Of a DNA stretch of 64,000 bases, positions 43,363-53,449 are shown one piece after another. The notes under the pieces were generated by a model, which was not told the origin of the DNA, ran no database searches, and saw only the letters and a program-made list of their open reading frames with translations. How positions within the stretch are numbered: position 1 is the first letter of the stretch; each line of letters starts with the position of its first letter. Both the position numbers and the translations under genes were made by a program. This DNA comes from a virus (Duplodnaviria; Heunggongvirae; Uroviricota; Caudoviricetes): the IMG/VR virus record IMGVR_UViG_3300021431_000083; one strand, given 5' to 3'.

Positions 43363-43856
43363 TGTTTTATTTAGCATTAGATCAAGCTCTTCAAACTAGT
43401 GGTTATGCTATTTTTGAAAATGATGAACTAATTAAATGAGGAACTTTTTCAACAAAAGCATCAGATCCAATAGAAGAAAGACTTTATACAATTCAACAAG
43501 AATTAACTAAATTAGATCAACAATATAACATAGGGTACGTATTCTTTGAAGATACACAAAAGCAAGTTAATTTAGATACTTATAAACGCTTATGCTATGT
43601 TCAATCTGTAGTTATGTTATGATGTAGAAATCGTGGTGGTATTAGATATAATATCTTATCTCCAAGTCATTGACGAAAGATATTAAAAGATAAATATAAA
43701 ATCAACTGAGGCCGTAAGCGAGAAGAACAAAAACAAGCTGCTTTAAACTGGGTGCAGCAAGAATATAAAGGTGATTTCACTACAGACTCTGCAGATGCAA
43801 TTTGTATTGGTAAAGCAGGATTGTTAGAATTAAATAAAAATAGGAGTGCTTTTTAA
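43362..43856 (+). CDS. ruvC: RuvC-like Holliday junction resolvase, 164 aa, 4 TGA
   Basis: LALDQA, FFED, SPSH(W)RK, DSADAICIG; absent from the ORF track; stop TAA. Confidence 0.85.
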
Positions 43857-43931
43857 ATGTATATTTTAATTATTGGCACAATTATTTTTGTTTTAACATT
43901 ATTAGCATTAATATTAAGAGGAAAAGGATAA
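43857..43931 (+). CDS. 24-aa single-TM peptide
   Basis: AGGAG SD; hydrophobic core with basic tail. Confidence 0.4.
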   Translation: MYILIIGTIIFVLTLLALILRGKG

Positions 43932-43936
43932 AGGAA

Positions 43937-43963
43937 AAAGGGCACTCATAATGAGTGCCCTTT
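43937..43963. terminator. Bidirectional terminator between convergent modules
   Basis: aaagggcactcat/atgagtgcccttt. Confidence 0.9.
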
Positions 43964-43967
43964 ATTT

Positions 43968-45641
43968 TTATATTCGAGTAATTCTTACTGCATCTATTGG
44001 ATTCTTTAAATCTCCCGCGAAAGTGTCTTTTGAATTACCAGTATCTTTATTACCAATCATTCAATCGTGTCATTCGCCATTAGTTGTATGAACTTGATAT
44101 TTAATATTAGAATTTGGAATTTCTAGTGCCAGAATATTAGACCCATCTCCAGCCATACCATTTTCTTCATCCTTCTTATCAAAATGATCGACATAACTAA
44201 GTCATTTATTTGATTCGGTATAGACTCTATAGTCACCTACTCCGTTAATGCCAATGTAAATACAATTATTTCCGATAATACCAGCATAATCGTCATTGCT
44301 ATCACTTGAATCAGTCAATCCTTCCATCGTCTCTAACCATTTATTTTGTTCTGTATATACAGCATATTCTGGTTGTTCTTTTGTAGACTGTGTTTGCGGC
44401 GATACCTTGATTGAATTTGAATTAGAAGTCTTTGTTCCGCATAATTTCTTTCAATCTTCTTTTGTTCCGTAAAAAATATTACAATCAAGATCTCAAGAAT
44501 ATCCTTTTATTTTTCGTGTAGAAGAATACTGATAAATTGTCATTTTAGATCAAGCACCTGTACTCCAAGTATTATCTGGCTTATTTACATAACCAGAACT
44601 ATTTGTATATTTATTAAGGTAACTTGCCATTCATAGAGGATATTGTTTAATAGATGAACAATTAACTTCATTTATATATCCCGCACGTGCATAAAACAAA
44701 GGGGTTGCTCCTGTTTTTTTAGCAACGGTATCTAATCATTCTTTTGCATAAGATACTGGAAATGATTCCGCAGTTTCTTCTCAGTCTAAACATAAGATAG
44801 CTTTATTTTCATATCCTTTAATCTGCTTTAAGAAATGCTCTGCTTCAGAAGTGCCAGTACGTTTTTCACCATATTCTCCTGCAAAATGATATAACCCTAA
44901 AAGCTTACCTGCTTTTAATACTTTATCTGCATTTTGTTTTCAAAGAGGATTTACATATGGATGTGCCGCAGAACCACCAGAAACTTTTACTATAACGAAA
45001 TCAGCTTCAACTTGAGCAATATTAATATTGTGTTCATCTTGATGACTTGCTATATCAATACCATTTAATGTTTTTTTATTGGCCGGTTTTGTATTAGTGC
45101 TATTGGTATTTGCTTTACCATTATAGTGAAGAATACCATTCCAAGGATAGTTATAATATCCATGAATAACACTTTCTCCACCTGTCTGGTCACCAGATTT
45201 ACCATGAATGCCGCCAGTTTCTGCTAATGCAAATTCGCCAAGACAATCATATCCATAGACATTGTCGTTTCCACCATCTAGACACATTGCTGTGTGATTA
45301 GCTTCATTAAGATATATATCACCCCTAACAGCATTAAAAGACATTGGCTTTCATTCAAACAAACCAGAATTTATAAATACTTGCCGCATATCACCAGTAT
45401 AAGTAGCTCCAGCAAGTTTTCCTTCATACTTGGTTCCTATTAAAGCTTCTTGTCAAGAATCAATAATTGCTGAACTACAATCACGGTCACCTTTATAAAA
45501 ATTAGAAGTATGCCCTTCGCATTTTACTTGGCAAGTGCCCTTAGAAGCATCACCTCATCGTTCTGATTGAGAATAGCCATGCTCAGGACAATTACATAAA
45601 TGCTCCATATTGGTAGCAGCTATATTAGCTAGATTCGCCAT
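43968..45641 (-). CDS. Endolysin, 557 aa: CHAP/NlpC-like domain, GH25 muramidase and three Trp-containing C-terminal repeats; 13 TGA
   Basis: DRDCSS...HTAM; GIDIASHQ, LD(W)E, PL(W)MA, YQYSS; stop TAA. Confidence 0.9.
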
Positions 45642-46128
45642 TTTGTTCCTCCTGCTTCTCTTCAACAGTAAAATAATCATCTACTGCAGTTGCAACAGAT
45701 TCAATACTATCACCAGTACCCTTATTTGCTACAGCTGAAGCTAATGCCGCAACAATTCTAACACCTTTCATAGATTTATCATGTGATGCTTCATAGTTTA
45801 TTTTGGCCGCTGGAGAAATTGGACAATCTTTAATCATAACATATCATAAAATAAGAATTACAAAGATACTGCCAATGATATACCCAAAGAAAACCATATT
45901 AGAGAAAAAATTAGATAAACCTTCTGAAGTAGTCATGTCTGTTTCAAAATAAAAAGTAGACATAGAAAGCATATAAAAACATCCAAATACAATTAATAAA
46001 GTACCAGCAATAGCCATTAATACTCTAACTTTTGCTTTTGGATGAAGGTTCTTCGGACGGAAATCAGATAACTTGATTGTACCTCTTTGATCATTTTGTA
46101 TTGCGTGTTTTGGAGTATTTTCTTCCAT
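45625..46128 (-). CDS. Two-TM membrane protein upstream of the endolysin (holin candidate), 1 TGA
   Basis: Track ORFs 45844..46128 and 45625..45837 are one frame joined by TGA; AAGGAGG SD. Confidence 0.7.
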
Positions 46129-46145
46129 ATAAATTACCTCCTTAA

Positions 46146-46181
46146 ATAAAAAAGGTTTACTAGCTTAGCTAGTAAACCTTT
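46146..46181 (-). terminator. Intrinsic terminator downstream of the tRNA
   Basis: 13-bp stem aaggtttactagc/gctagtaaacctt plus U-tract on the minus strand. Confidence 0.88.
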
Positions 46182-46215
46182 ATATCTTTACACTGTTTAG
46201 AACAATGATTATATC

Positions 46216-46312
46216 TGGCAAGCGGCGGAGGTGTCGAACCCCAAGGACCCTTGTGGAGGGGGGCCAGCGGTTTTGAAGACCGCTCCTGTTAGCCGCACAG
46301 GTAACGCCGCCT
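46216..46312 (-). tRNA. tRNA with anticodon UCA (reads UGA), long variable arm, 97 nt
   Basis: AGGCGGCG TTA CCTG TGCGGCTAA CAGG A GCGGT CT[TCA]AA ACCGC (23-24 nt arm) GGGG TTCGACA CCTC CGCCGCTT G CCA. Confidence 0.93.
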
Positions 46313-46314
46313 AC

Positions 46315-46488
46315 TTAACATGTAACAATCCTATACTTATTAAAAGTTTTAATAACTTTATAATTATATAATTTATTATCACATTTAATACTAAAAGAAG
46401 GAATATGCGGATTATTATTTCACTCTGCCGCAAATAATATAGATTCTAAATCAATTAACTGATTTAAATTACATTCTGCTATAATCAA
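46315..46488 (-). CDS. 57-aa ORF directly upstream of the tRNA, 1 TGA
   Basis: TTG start after AAGGAGG; TGA at codon 23; stop TAA 2 nt before the tRNA 5' end. Confidence 0.6.
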
Positions 46489-46510
46489 CTTTCCTCCTTT
46501 CAATATTTAT

Positions 46511-46539
46511 ATTTTATCATAAAACTTAAATACCGTCAA
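46511..46539 (-). promoter_or_regulatory. sigma70-type promoter of the small ORF/tRNA unit
   Basis: TTGACG-N17-TAAAAT with TG extension. Confidence 0.8.
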
Positions 46540-46568
46540 TTAAAATTTTATACGACCGCATAAAGTTT

Positions 46569-47069
46569 TTAATTGCCTAACAATGACTCTCCATTACGAT
46601 CAAGACCCCATTTATCCGCAATATTAATTACATTTTGAACATCGCTATCTTGTTTAAACATATCTAATTGTTTTCCCATACTGCCAGCCATTCCATCTGT
46701 GAATGTCTGAATAACATCAATGAGACTACGAAGAGAATGAGCTGCTTCTGTATACTCTTCAAACCAAATAACTCCAAGAGAAGCAAGATAATCTAAAGAC
46801 TCTGAATGCTCTGCAATCATTTGATCAATGGTTTCATCTTCAAGAAGTTCTTTCCATGTAATTAATGGAGAGCCATTTTCCAAGAGAGAAGTATTAATTT
46901 GTTCTGCTTTATCTTCATAGAGAATACGTGCGGCACATATATATAATGCACGTTCAAACACATAACTATTTACAAAACCTTCGTCATCTGCCATATCAAT
47001 TGCCGCAGATATAATTTCATACATCTCTTGGGGTGTAAAGACATTGTTTTTTTCTTGCTCAAGATTCAT
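46569..47069 (-). CDS. Conserved acidic hypothetical protein (tail-region)
   Basis: Complete ORF, no TGA, AAGGAG SD. Confidence 0.8.
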   Translation of the reverse strand: MNLEQEKNNVFTPQEMYEIISAAIDMADDEGFVNSYVFERALYICAARILYEDKAEQINTSLLENGSPLITWKELLEDETIDQMIAEHSESLDYLASLGVIWFEEYTEAAHSLRSLIDVIQTFTDGMAGSMGKQLDMFKQDSDVQNVINIADKWGLDRNGESLLGN

Positions 47070-47106
47070 ATTTTTTAACTCCTTTAATATCCTTTATCAC
47101 AATTAT

Positions 47107-47136
47107 ATTATACCATTTAATTACAACAATTGTCAA
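47107..47136 (-). promoter_or_regulatory. sigma70-type promoter
   Basis: TTGACA-N18-TATAAT with TG extension. Confidence 0.85.
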
Positions 47137-47143
47137 AAGATTT

Positions 47144-48550
47144 TTAAAACAAAACATTAGTTCCTATTGCAATTTTTGTTGACAAAATAGCATTAATTTG
47201 TGTTTGATAATTTTTTAAAATTTGTTGTTCATCTTTTTTTGAATTACCACTAGATATTTTTTGTTGTTTCTGAATATAAGTAGGATGTTTAATTACACCC
47301 ATATTAAAAATATCATTAGTATCATTTCTAATACTTCCAAAACTACCACGAGATTTTTTTGAGTAATAATTAGAAGTAGCTTTAATAATAGAATTAATTG
47401 TTTGAATTTTATTATTAACCGTTAATGTTTGTACAAAAGTTCCACTTGTAGTTGCACGAACAGCTAATACATCATATAAAGCTAATAAATAAAATGCTTG
47501 GCGAGTATTATCTCAATTGTTTTTATCTATGTTTTTTTCTCCAGCTTTATCTAAGTATGGTTGCAAGCGTTTTTGTCAATAATCAAGATAAAATTGAGAA
47601 TTTAATTGTTTATCTATACTATTTAATAAATATTTAACTGTATATATATTTGATTGAGTTTTTGTAGATGTTATCATTAAACGTTGATTTCGCATAGCAT
47701 GTTGAGATAATTTAGTAGAATCTGCTAATGAAATATTTAATATTTCATTATTATTACCATCAATAAAAGATAGTTCAACAATTGAGTCAGCAACTTCTTG
47801 TTTGCCAGTATTAGATTTCAATCCACCTGTTTGACGCCCCTTTGCTTTTACTTTTCCTCCACTTGCTTTAAAGGCTGTATTTAAATTGGGCATTATTTCA
47901 TTAAAATATTTTTCCAATGCTTTTTCACGGGCTTTAAAAGAAATATTTTCTCAAAGTATTTGACCAGTAACATTTTGTAAACTACGATTAAAACCTTGTA
48001 GAACAGAATAGTCTCCTCTTAATAAAGCACCATATTTTTTAGACATACTCCTAACATGGTTTTGTAAATCGCCTATGTCTGCTCCGTCTTTAATTTCTGG
48101 CATTATTTCAGCAAATTTATTCAAAAATTGCTCAGGATTCTGTATTTTAATAATTTCTCCTAATTGACTATGTCCATTTGGAAAAGCTATCTTAATTAAA
48201 CCTCTAATAGTAGATATTGCTTCATCAAGATCTTCAGCTAAATGATCTTTTCTAATTGATGTTACTCTTACATTAGGGTCACCATTAGGATCAAAAAAAT
48301 TTTTACCAGCAAAATAATCTTTTGGTATATTTTGTAACATTTCTGTTAAAATATCAGAATATATTTTTAAAAATTCTGGACTTCCAATTCCATTAACAAT
48401 TTGCTCTAATTCAATGATATCTTGTTTAATTCCGGTTTTATTAATTGAATTTATAACCATTTTATCAATCATAGATTCAATCATAGAAATATTTATAGGA
48501 GTGTATGAAGGAAGGTTTCTATAACTTTTTATAAAATCTACAGCAATCAT
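47144..48550 (-). CDS. Hypothetical protein, 468 aa, 3 TGA
   Basis: Joins track ORFs 47951 and 47576; ATG after AGGAG; stop TAA. Confidence 0.75.
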
Positions 48551-48574
48551 TAAAACTCCTTTTATACTAAAATA

Positions 48575-48602
48575 AGGCACCCTCCGCAGAGGGAGAGTGC
48601 CT
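48575..48602 (-). terminator. Hairpin after the tail tube gene
   Basis: aggcac-cctc/gagg-gtgcct imperfect stem. Confidence 0.45.
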
Positions 48603-48621
48603 ATATTTAATTAATTTTTAA

Positions 48622-49647
48622 TTATGCGCCGCTACGACTTACTGCGGTTGCACTTGCTGCATTATAGTCTTTTGTTACACCTTTAGCTTCACTATGTGCT
48701 TCAGAAGTAGAGATATTATCAATAATATCAATAGCATAAAGAACTTTCTTTGAGCTATCAAGAGTACGAACAGAACCTACAGTACAGTCAATAGTAAAAT
48801 CAAATGTACTAGGATCGCCGCTAGAAGCCATGTTAAATGTAAAGTTACCAGAAATCTTACCCTTCGGGATGATAAATGTTGCAGGGAAGTCATGACCAGT
48901 AGCTTCATCACGGAATAATGTTTCAGCTTCAATATAGAAAGTACCACCGAAATTCTCGGCATCAACTGTTAAAGTAGTAACCTTAGCCGTTGTTACAGCA
49001 TAGCAGTCAACACGACAAAGATAACCATCATAAGTTTGATCGCCAGTCTTAGTCTCGTCAATATCTTTTAGTGGACCTTTAAGTGAAATTGTTCAATCAT
49101 TACCTGCAGTTGGTCTAGCATTAGGTTGAGTAATTTCTTGATCACCAAGATAGTCAATAACTTGACCATTATTATCTAAAATCATTGCATAGGCATTTAA
49201 GTCAAGACCATACTCAGGAAGTTGTGAATCGGCAGTAGCAGGAGCTACAGGAGTATAACCGGCAAAATTTTCTTTTGGTACAACAATAGAAGCATTACCA
49301 TTACCACTACCAGCTTTAATTTCACCATCAACAGTAATATGGACAATCTTTTCTGAAGGTTTACTATCAAATACACCAGCACCAGAAAGCATTGAGAATG
49401 AAATTGGTGAAAGTAAAGCATCTGTAACAGTGAATGTTGCAGTTTTTTCACCTTCCCAAGCAATTAGACGAGCATTACCACGACCACCTTGAGCATAAAC
49501 AGTGGTTGTTGCAACTTCCATATTAGAAGCTGTAGCAGTATCAATATAAAGACAAGGCTGCATCTTATCAAAGTGCTGACTACCAATATCAAGCTTGGCT
49601 AATGGACGAAATGTAACGTTGCAAATTTCGCGTACACCAAATCGCAT
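48622..49647 (-). CDS. Probable major tail tube protein, 341 aa, 1 TGA
   Basis: MRFGVREICNV...VYAQGGRGN.RLIAWEGEK...F.VTDALLS; C-terminal NFTFNMASSGDPSTFDF; follows neck genes. Confidence 0.7.
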
Positions 49648-49754
49648 ATTTTTTCCTCCTTATAGAAATGTTGTATACAATATTTCCTTGTTATATAGAA
49701 TACTCGCGCAATATTCTATTTCTTTATAATAAACTGAGATAAGGCAGTCTCAGA

Positions 49755-50504
49755 TTATTTGCTATATAAATTATCTGTTCAACTATCAGGTTCTTCCATT
49801 TTAGAAGTATCCATCATTGGCATAGTAGAAACCCTTTGATAAAAATCGCTACTAACTTTTTTCCAATAACGAGTAAAAGTATCATATAGTTGAAAAGGTG
49901 TATAATTAAGTAATATATTAATATCAATATTCATTCCAACAGCAAGAATAGAAATATATGAAGCAAATAAAGAAGGTGAGTCTTCACCTTTACCCTTTTT
50001 CTTTGCTAATATCTCTGCACGTTTTTTGAACTTATCCGCAAGCTCTTTTGCTTTTTTATTTGCGGGATTATATTTTTTTTCAGAAGATAAACCAAATAAA
50101 TTGTTTATAGTCTCGCAAAAAGCTAAATAATTAAAAGGATTAATCATTCCAACTCGATTTTCACCATCATAAAAACTAATATCTGTATCTCTAATTTCTA
50201 TGGTATATCGTGGGAATATAAGTTCAAAAAAACTATTCACATTATTTTTTACATCAACACTTTGATTTAACATTGCCATTAATAATTGAAAATCAGAATA
50301 CTCACCTATTAAAGGATTGTTATCTCTTATTTTTTGTATATTTTCATCAATATTACCAAATAGCTGAACCGCACTAATAAAACTACTTTCTTTAAATAAT
50401 ACGATTTGTTTAATAGTTGGTTGATGCACTATAATATTACACTCTTGTATTGGAACGTCTTGTCCGCTCAAATAAAGAGCAGCCTGATCTCCTTGTAATC
50501 TCAT
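49755..50504 (-). CDS. Hypothetical protein in the neck/tail region, 1 TGA
   Basis: Extends past the TGA to WTDNLYSK-TAA. Confidence 0.75.
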
Positions 50505-50513
50505 AAAACCTCC

Positions 50514-51113
50514 TTATTCAAGAGGTCAAGTATCTTCAAAACTATCTTTATCATCATTACCATGTGTAGCTATATAGCGAACAAGCATTCCACCATGTTC
50601 TTCATCAAGAACAATTTGACTTGCACCCATAAATTGAAGAGTACCAATGCCACTTAATTTACAATTATTTAAAATACCATCAATATATCCTGCAATTTGT
50701 GTATGTCGCATTTTATAGTCATCTAATTCTCATTTTGTTAAAGGACATACAATTGTAAAAGAAATGGTACAATCACGATAATGAGTATTGCTTGTTGGAA
50801 CAAAATCATCAAATTCAATTAATATATGTGATTTAAAATTATCATGAATTAAATTTTCAATTCTTGGGACGGTGAGAATATAATCTTCTTCTTTCATCTT
50901 ATGAACTGAATAACTATTAATTAATTCTTGGTATTTTGTTTGATTCGGATCAAGACAATCAGATTGATCAATTATTAATAATTTTTTAAGAATATCACTA
51001 TATGGTTTACTCTTTACAAAAAGTTTATTAATAATTGTTTCCATATCTTTCTCACAAGAAAGAAAAGATGCTTGGAAATCTTTTGGATTCATTCTATTTG
51101 TTAATGTTGGCAT
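50514..51113 (-). CDS. Putative tail-completion/neck protein, 2 TGA
   Basis: Joins track ORFs 50730 and 50526; stop TAA. Confidence 0.7.
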
Positions 51114-51122
51114 CTCTCCTCC

Positions 51123-52001
51123 TTATAAAGATAAAATATTAATTGGTAAAATATATTCATTATCATCTGTTGTGTAAATAAGATTAAATTTACTCTTTTT
51201 ACCAGCAATAATTTCGATATTACATTTACCATCTTGTTGACTTATAATATTAGCTTTAGTTAAATCATTAACACTAAAAGTTCCTGTTATATCATTAATT
51301 TGATAATTATATTCTTCATAGGGATAAACTTCTTGCGGTCCAATTATTTCACTGTTAATATCAAGATGATTAACTTCAACAAGATCTTCTGTTAAACTAT
51401 CAAAATATTCTTGAACTTCAAGTTCGATAATTCCAGGAACCGTTAAAACATCAACAACTTTAACTTGTCAAGTATGTCCATCAATTTTTAATTTAGTAAA
51501 ACGATTAAAAAAGTTTCTTGTTTGCTCATTATTTTCAATGTAAACAGTACCAGAAAAATTTAAATCATTTCAATTTAAGTCCCGCTTAAAATTTCAACGA
51601 ATAGTTGTTTCAGTTGGCCCCTGAAAATAAATCCAATAGTCAGTATCTTCTATTGTTATCTGATATCTACAACGGATAATTTCAGATTTAAAATAAGCAA
51701 TTTCCACTAAGTCTTGTAAATAAATCATTCAATGAGTGTTATCATCTAGACATTCAAATACGTCTCCAGGACCAAGACCAGATGAAAAATCAACACTAAC
51801 ATAACGTTTATCATAATCAGATTTAGTATTATCATCATTAATTAAAGCTTGAAACTCTTCTCCAAGAGGAGTAAGAATAGTTCTTGAATTATAATCATTT
51901 TTTAATGCCGCATAAAAAGATTTTAATTTTTGCTGTTTAATGCGGCCCAGGTTATTTCCACCCATATAATCAATTCTAGTTTGAAGCGTTTTTAAAGACA
52001 T
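51123..52001 (-). CDS. Putative head-closure/neck protein, 292 aa, 4 TGA
   Basis: Frame open to TAA at 51123; role inferred from position. Confidence 0.7.
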
Positions 52002-52010
52002 TCTTCGCTC

Positions 52011-52325
52011 CTAACTATTAAACTGTTTTTCAATATTTTGAGTTAAAGAACAACATTCAAAAATAATGCGGCGGAATCATTGAAATTCAATTTCTTCTCC
52101 TTGAGCTTTTAAACCTTCTAATTTAGCCAATAATTCAAATATTTTAATATCTTCTGGAAATAGATTGGATAATCCCGCAATTTCAAGTATAATTGTATCC
52201 AGAGGTTTTAGCCAATCTTCTCCTTCTTCATTCGCTGGCAGAAGATGAAATATTTGATTTTTTAACCTATTAAGATTAAAAGCTATTACTGAATTATCTA
52301 CTTCACTATTATATATGGTCATCAT
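52011..52325 (-). CDS. Hypothetical protein, 1 TGA
   Basis: Extends to TAG at 52011. Confidence 0.7.
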
Positions 52326-52789
52326 TATTTTACCTCCATAATAGTGTCAAAAGTAGTCTTATATTGCCCCTCATTATCTAAAGTGCGGCGACAATAAAGT
52401 CGCTGAAGATGAAAGCCATGTCGTTCATAATCTTGTTTCATGGCAATTAATTGTTTCATATGAGAAGCTTGAGAAGTAAATTTAAAATCACTACCACTAT
52501 ATTTTTGACGTATATTATCTATAGTTGCAAGCTGATAACCAATTCATTCTGCAATCATATATTGACGAATAATCATCATTTCTTCATTTGTTAAATCAAC
52601 AACAAAGGAACGATTTTGTAGGTCGATATTATGCAATTGCGGCTGTTTAGGAAATTCAAAAGACGGTAGCGCCGCAATTAGAATTTCATCTAATATAGCT
52701 TTAGTGTCATCTTCTGTTAGTTCCATATACATGTCATCAGTTATACCCGCAAGAAAAAAATCTTCCATCGTATCAAAGGATGTAGCCAT
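52325..52789 (-). CDS. Putative head-tail adaptor, 1 TGA
   Basis: YMIAE(W)IGYQL...DFKFTSQASH; stop TAA overlaps the next ATG. Confidence 0.7.
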
Positions 52790-52812
52790 TTAAACCTCCT
52801 TTGGTATAAATT

Positions 52813-53367
52813 TTATTCCGATGCACGACGTTGATTTTGTGATGCACCTGTATTAGAAACAACTCGACGAGTACCACGAGAAGGAGTCTCTTCTTTTGGA
52901 TTCTCTAATTCTACATCCAATTTAATCATATTACCAACATCGCGACCAGTAAATTCTTGAATTGCAGCTAGTTTGTTATTGTCAGGTATCCGCAACTCAA
53001 TAGCTCTATCAATAATAAGCTGTTTAATACCTTCTGGGCCAAACTCTAAAGCATCCTTTAAAGCGTCTAGTGATCCAGTTTGAAGAACTTCATCAACTTC
53101 TTTTTGAGTCCATGAATACTCATGGTCAAATACGTCTGTTGAAATATTAAATTCTTGTGCAAGTTCTCTATCTTTAATACCTAAATAATCTTCAATTAAT
53201 ACTCTACCGCCCTTAGTACCATATAAAGATCTAAGTTCACCAGCGGTAATATCTTTACGTAATTGTTGACCAGAAAAACGTCTAACATTATTAGTTTCAG
53301 GTATGATATAAGAAACAGTACTTGCTGTTAGATTTTGAACTGGGATAAGTTTGTCGTCTCTAATCAT
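52813..53367 (-). CDS. Hypothetical protein after the major capsid gene
   Basis: Start reassigned to ATG 53367 (AAGGAG). Confidence 0.75.
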   Translation of the reverse strand: MIRDDKLIPVQNLTASTVSYIIPETNNVRRFSGQQLRKDITAGELRSLYGTKGGRVLIEDYLGIKDRELAQEFNISTDVFDHEYSWTQKEVDEVLQTGSLDALKDALEFGPEGIKQLIIDRAIELRIPDNNKLAAIQEFTGRDVGNMIKLDVELENPKEETPSRGTRRVVSNTGASQNQRRASE

Positions 53368-53395
53368 TATTTTCTCCTTGTATCTCTTGGAAAGC

Positions 53396-53424
53396 GGGGC
53401 AACTATCAATATAATAGTTGCCCC
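53396..53424 (-). terminator. Hairpin downstream of the major capsid gene
   Basis: ggggcaactat/atagttgcccc; weak U-tract. Confidence 0.6.
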
Positions 53425-53449
53425 AGCAATCATGTTAATTTAAATTAAC

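Noticed and set aside
46266-46284. Plus-strand tRNA-Ser(TGA) reading of the same hairpin
   Set aside because: The T-loop (TTCGACA) and the 3' CCA exist only on the minus strand
46216-46312. Ordinary selenocysteine system
   Set aside because: The acceptor/T branch is 12 bp rather than 13; TGA sites align with Trp, not catalytic Cys; no selA/selB/selD in the window; up to 26 TGA per gene is incompatible with SECIS decoding
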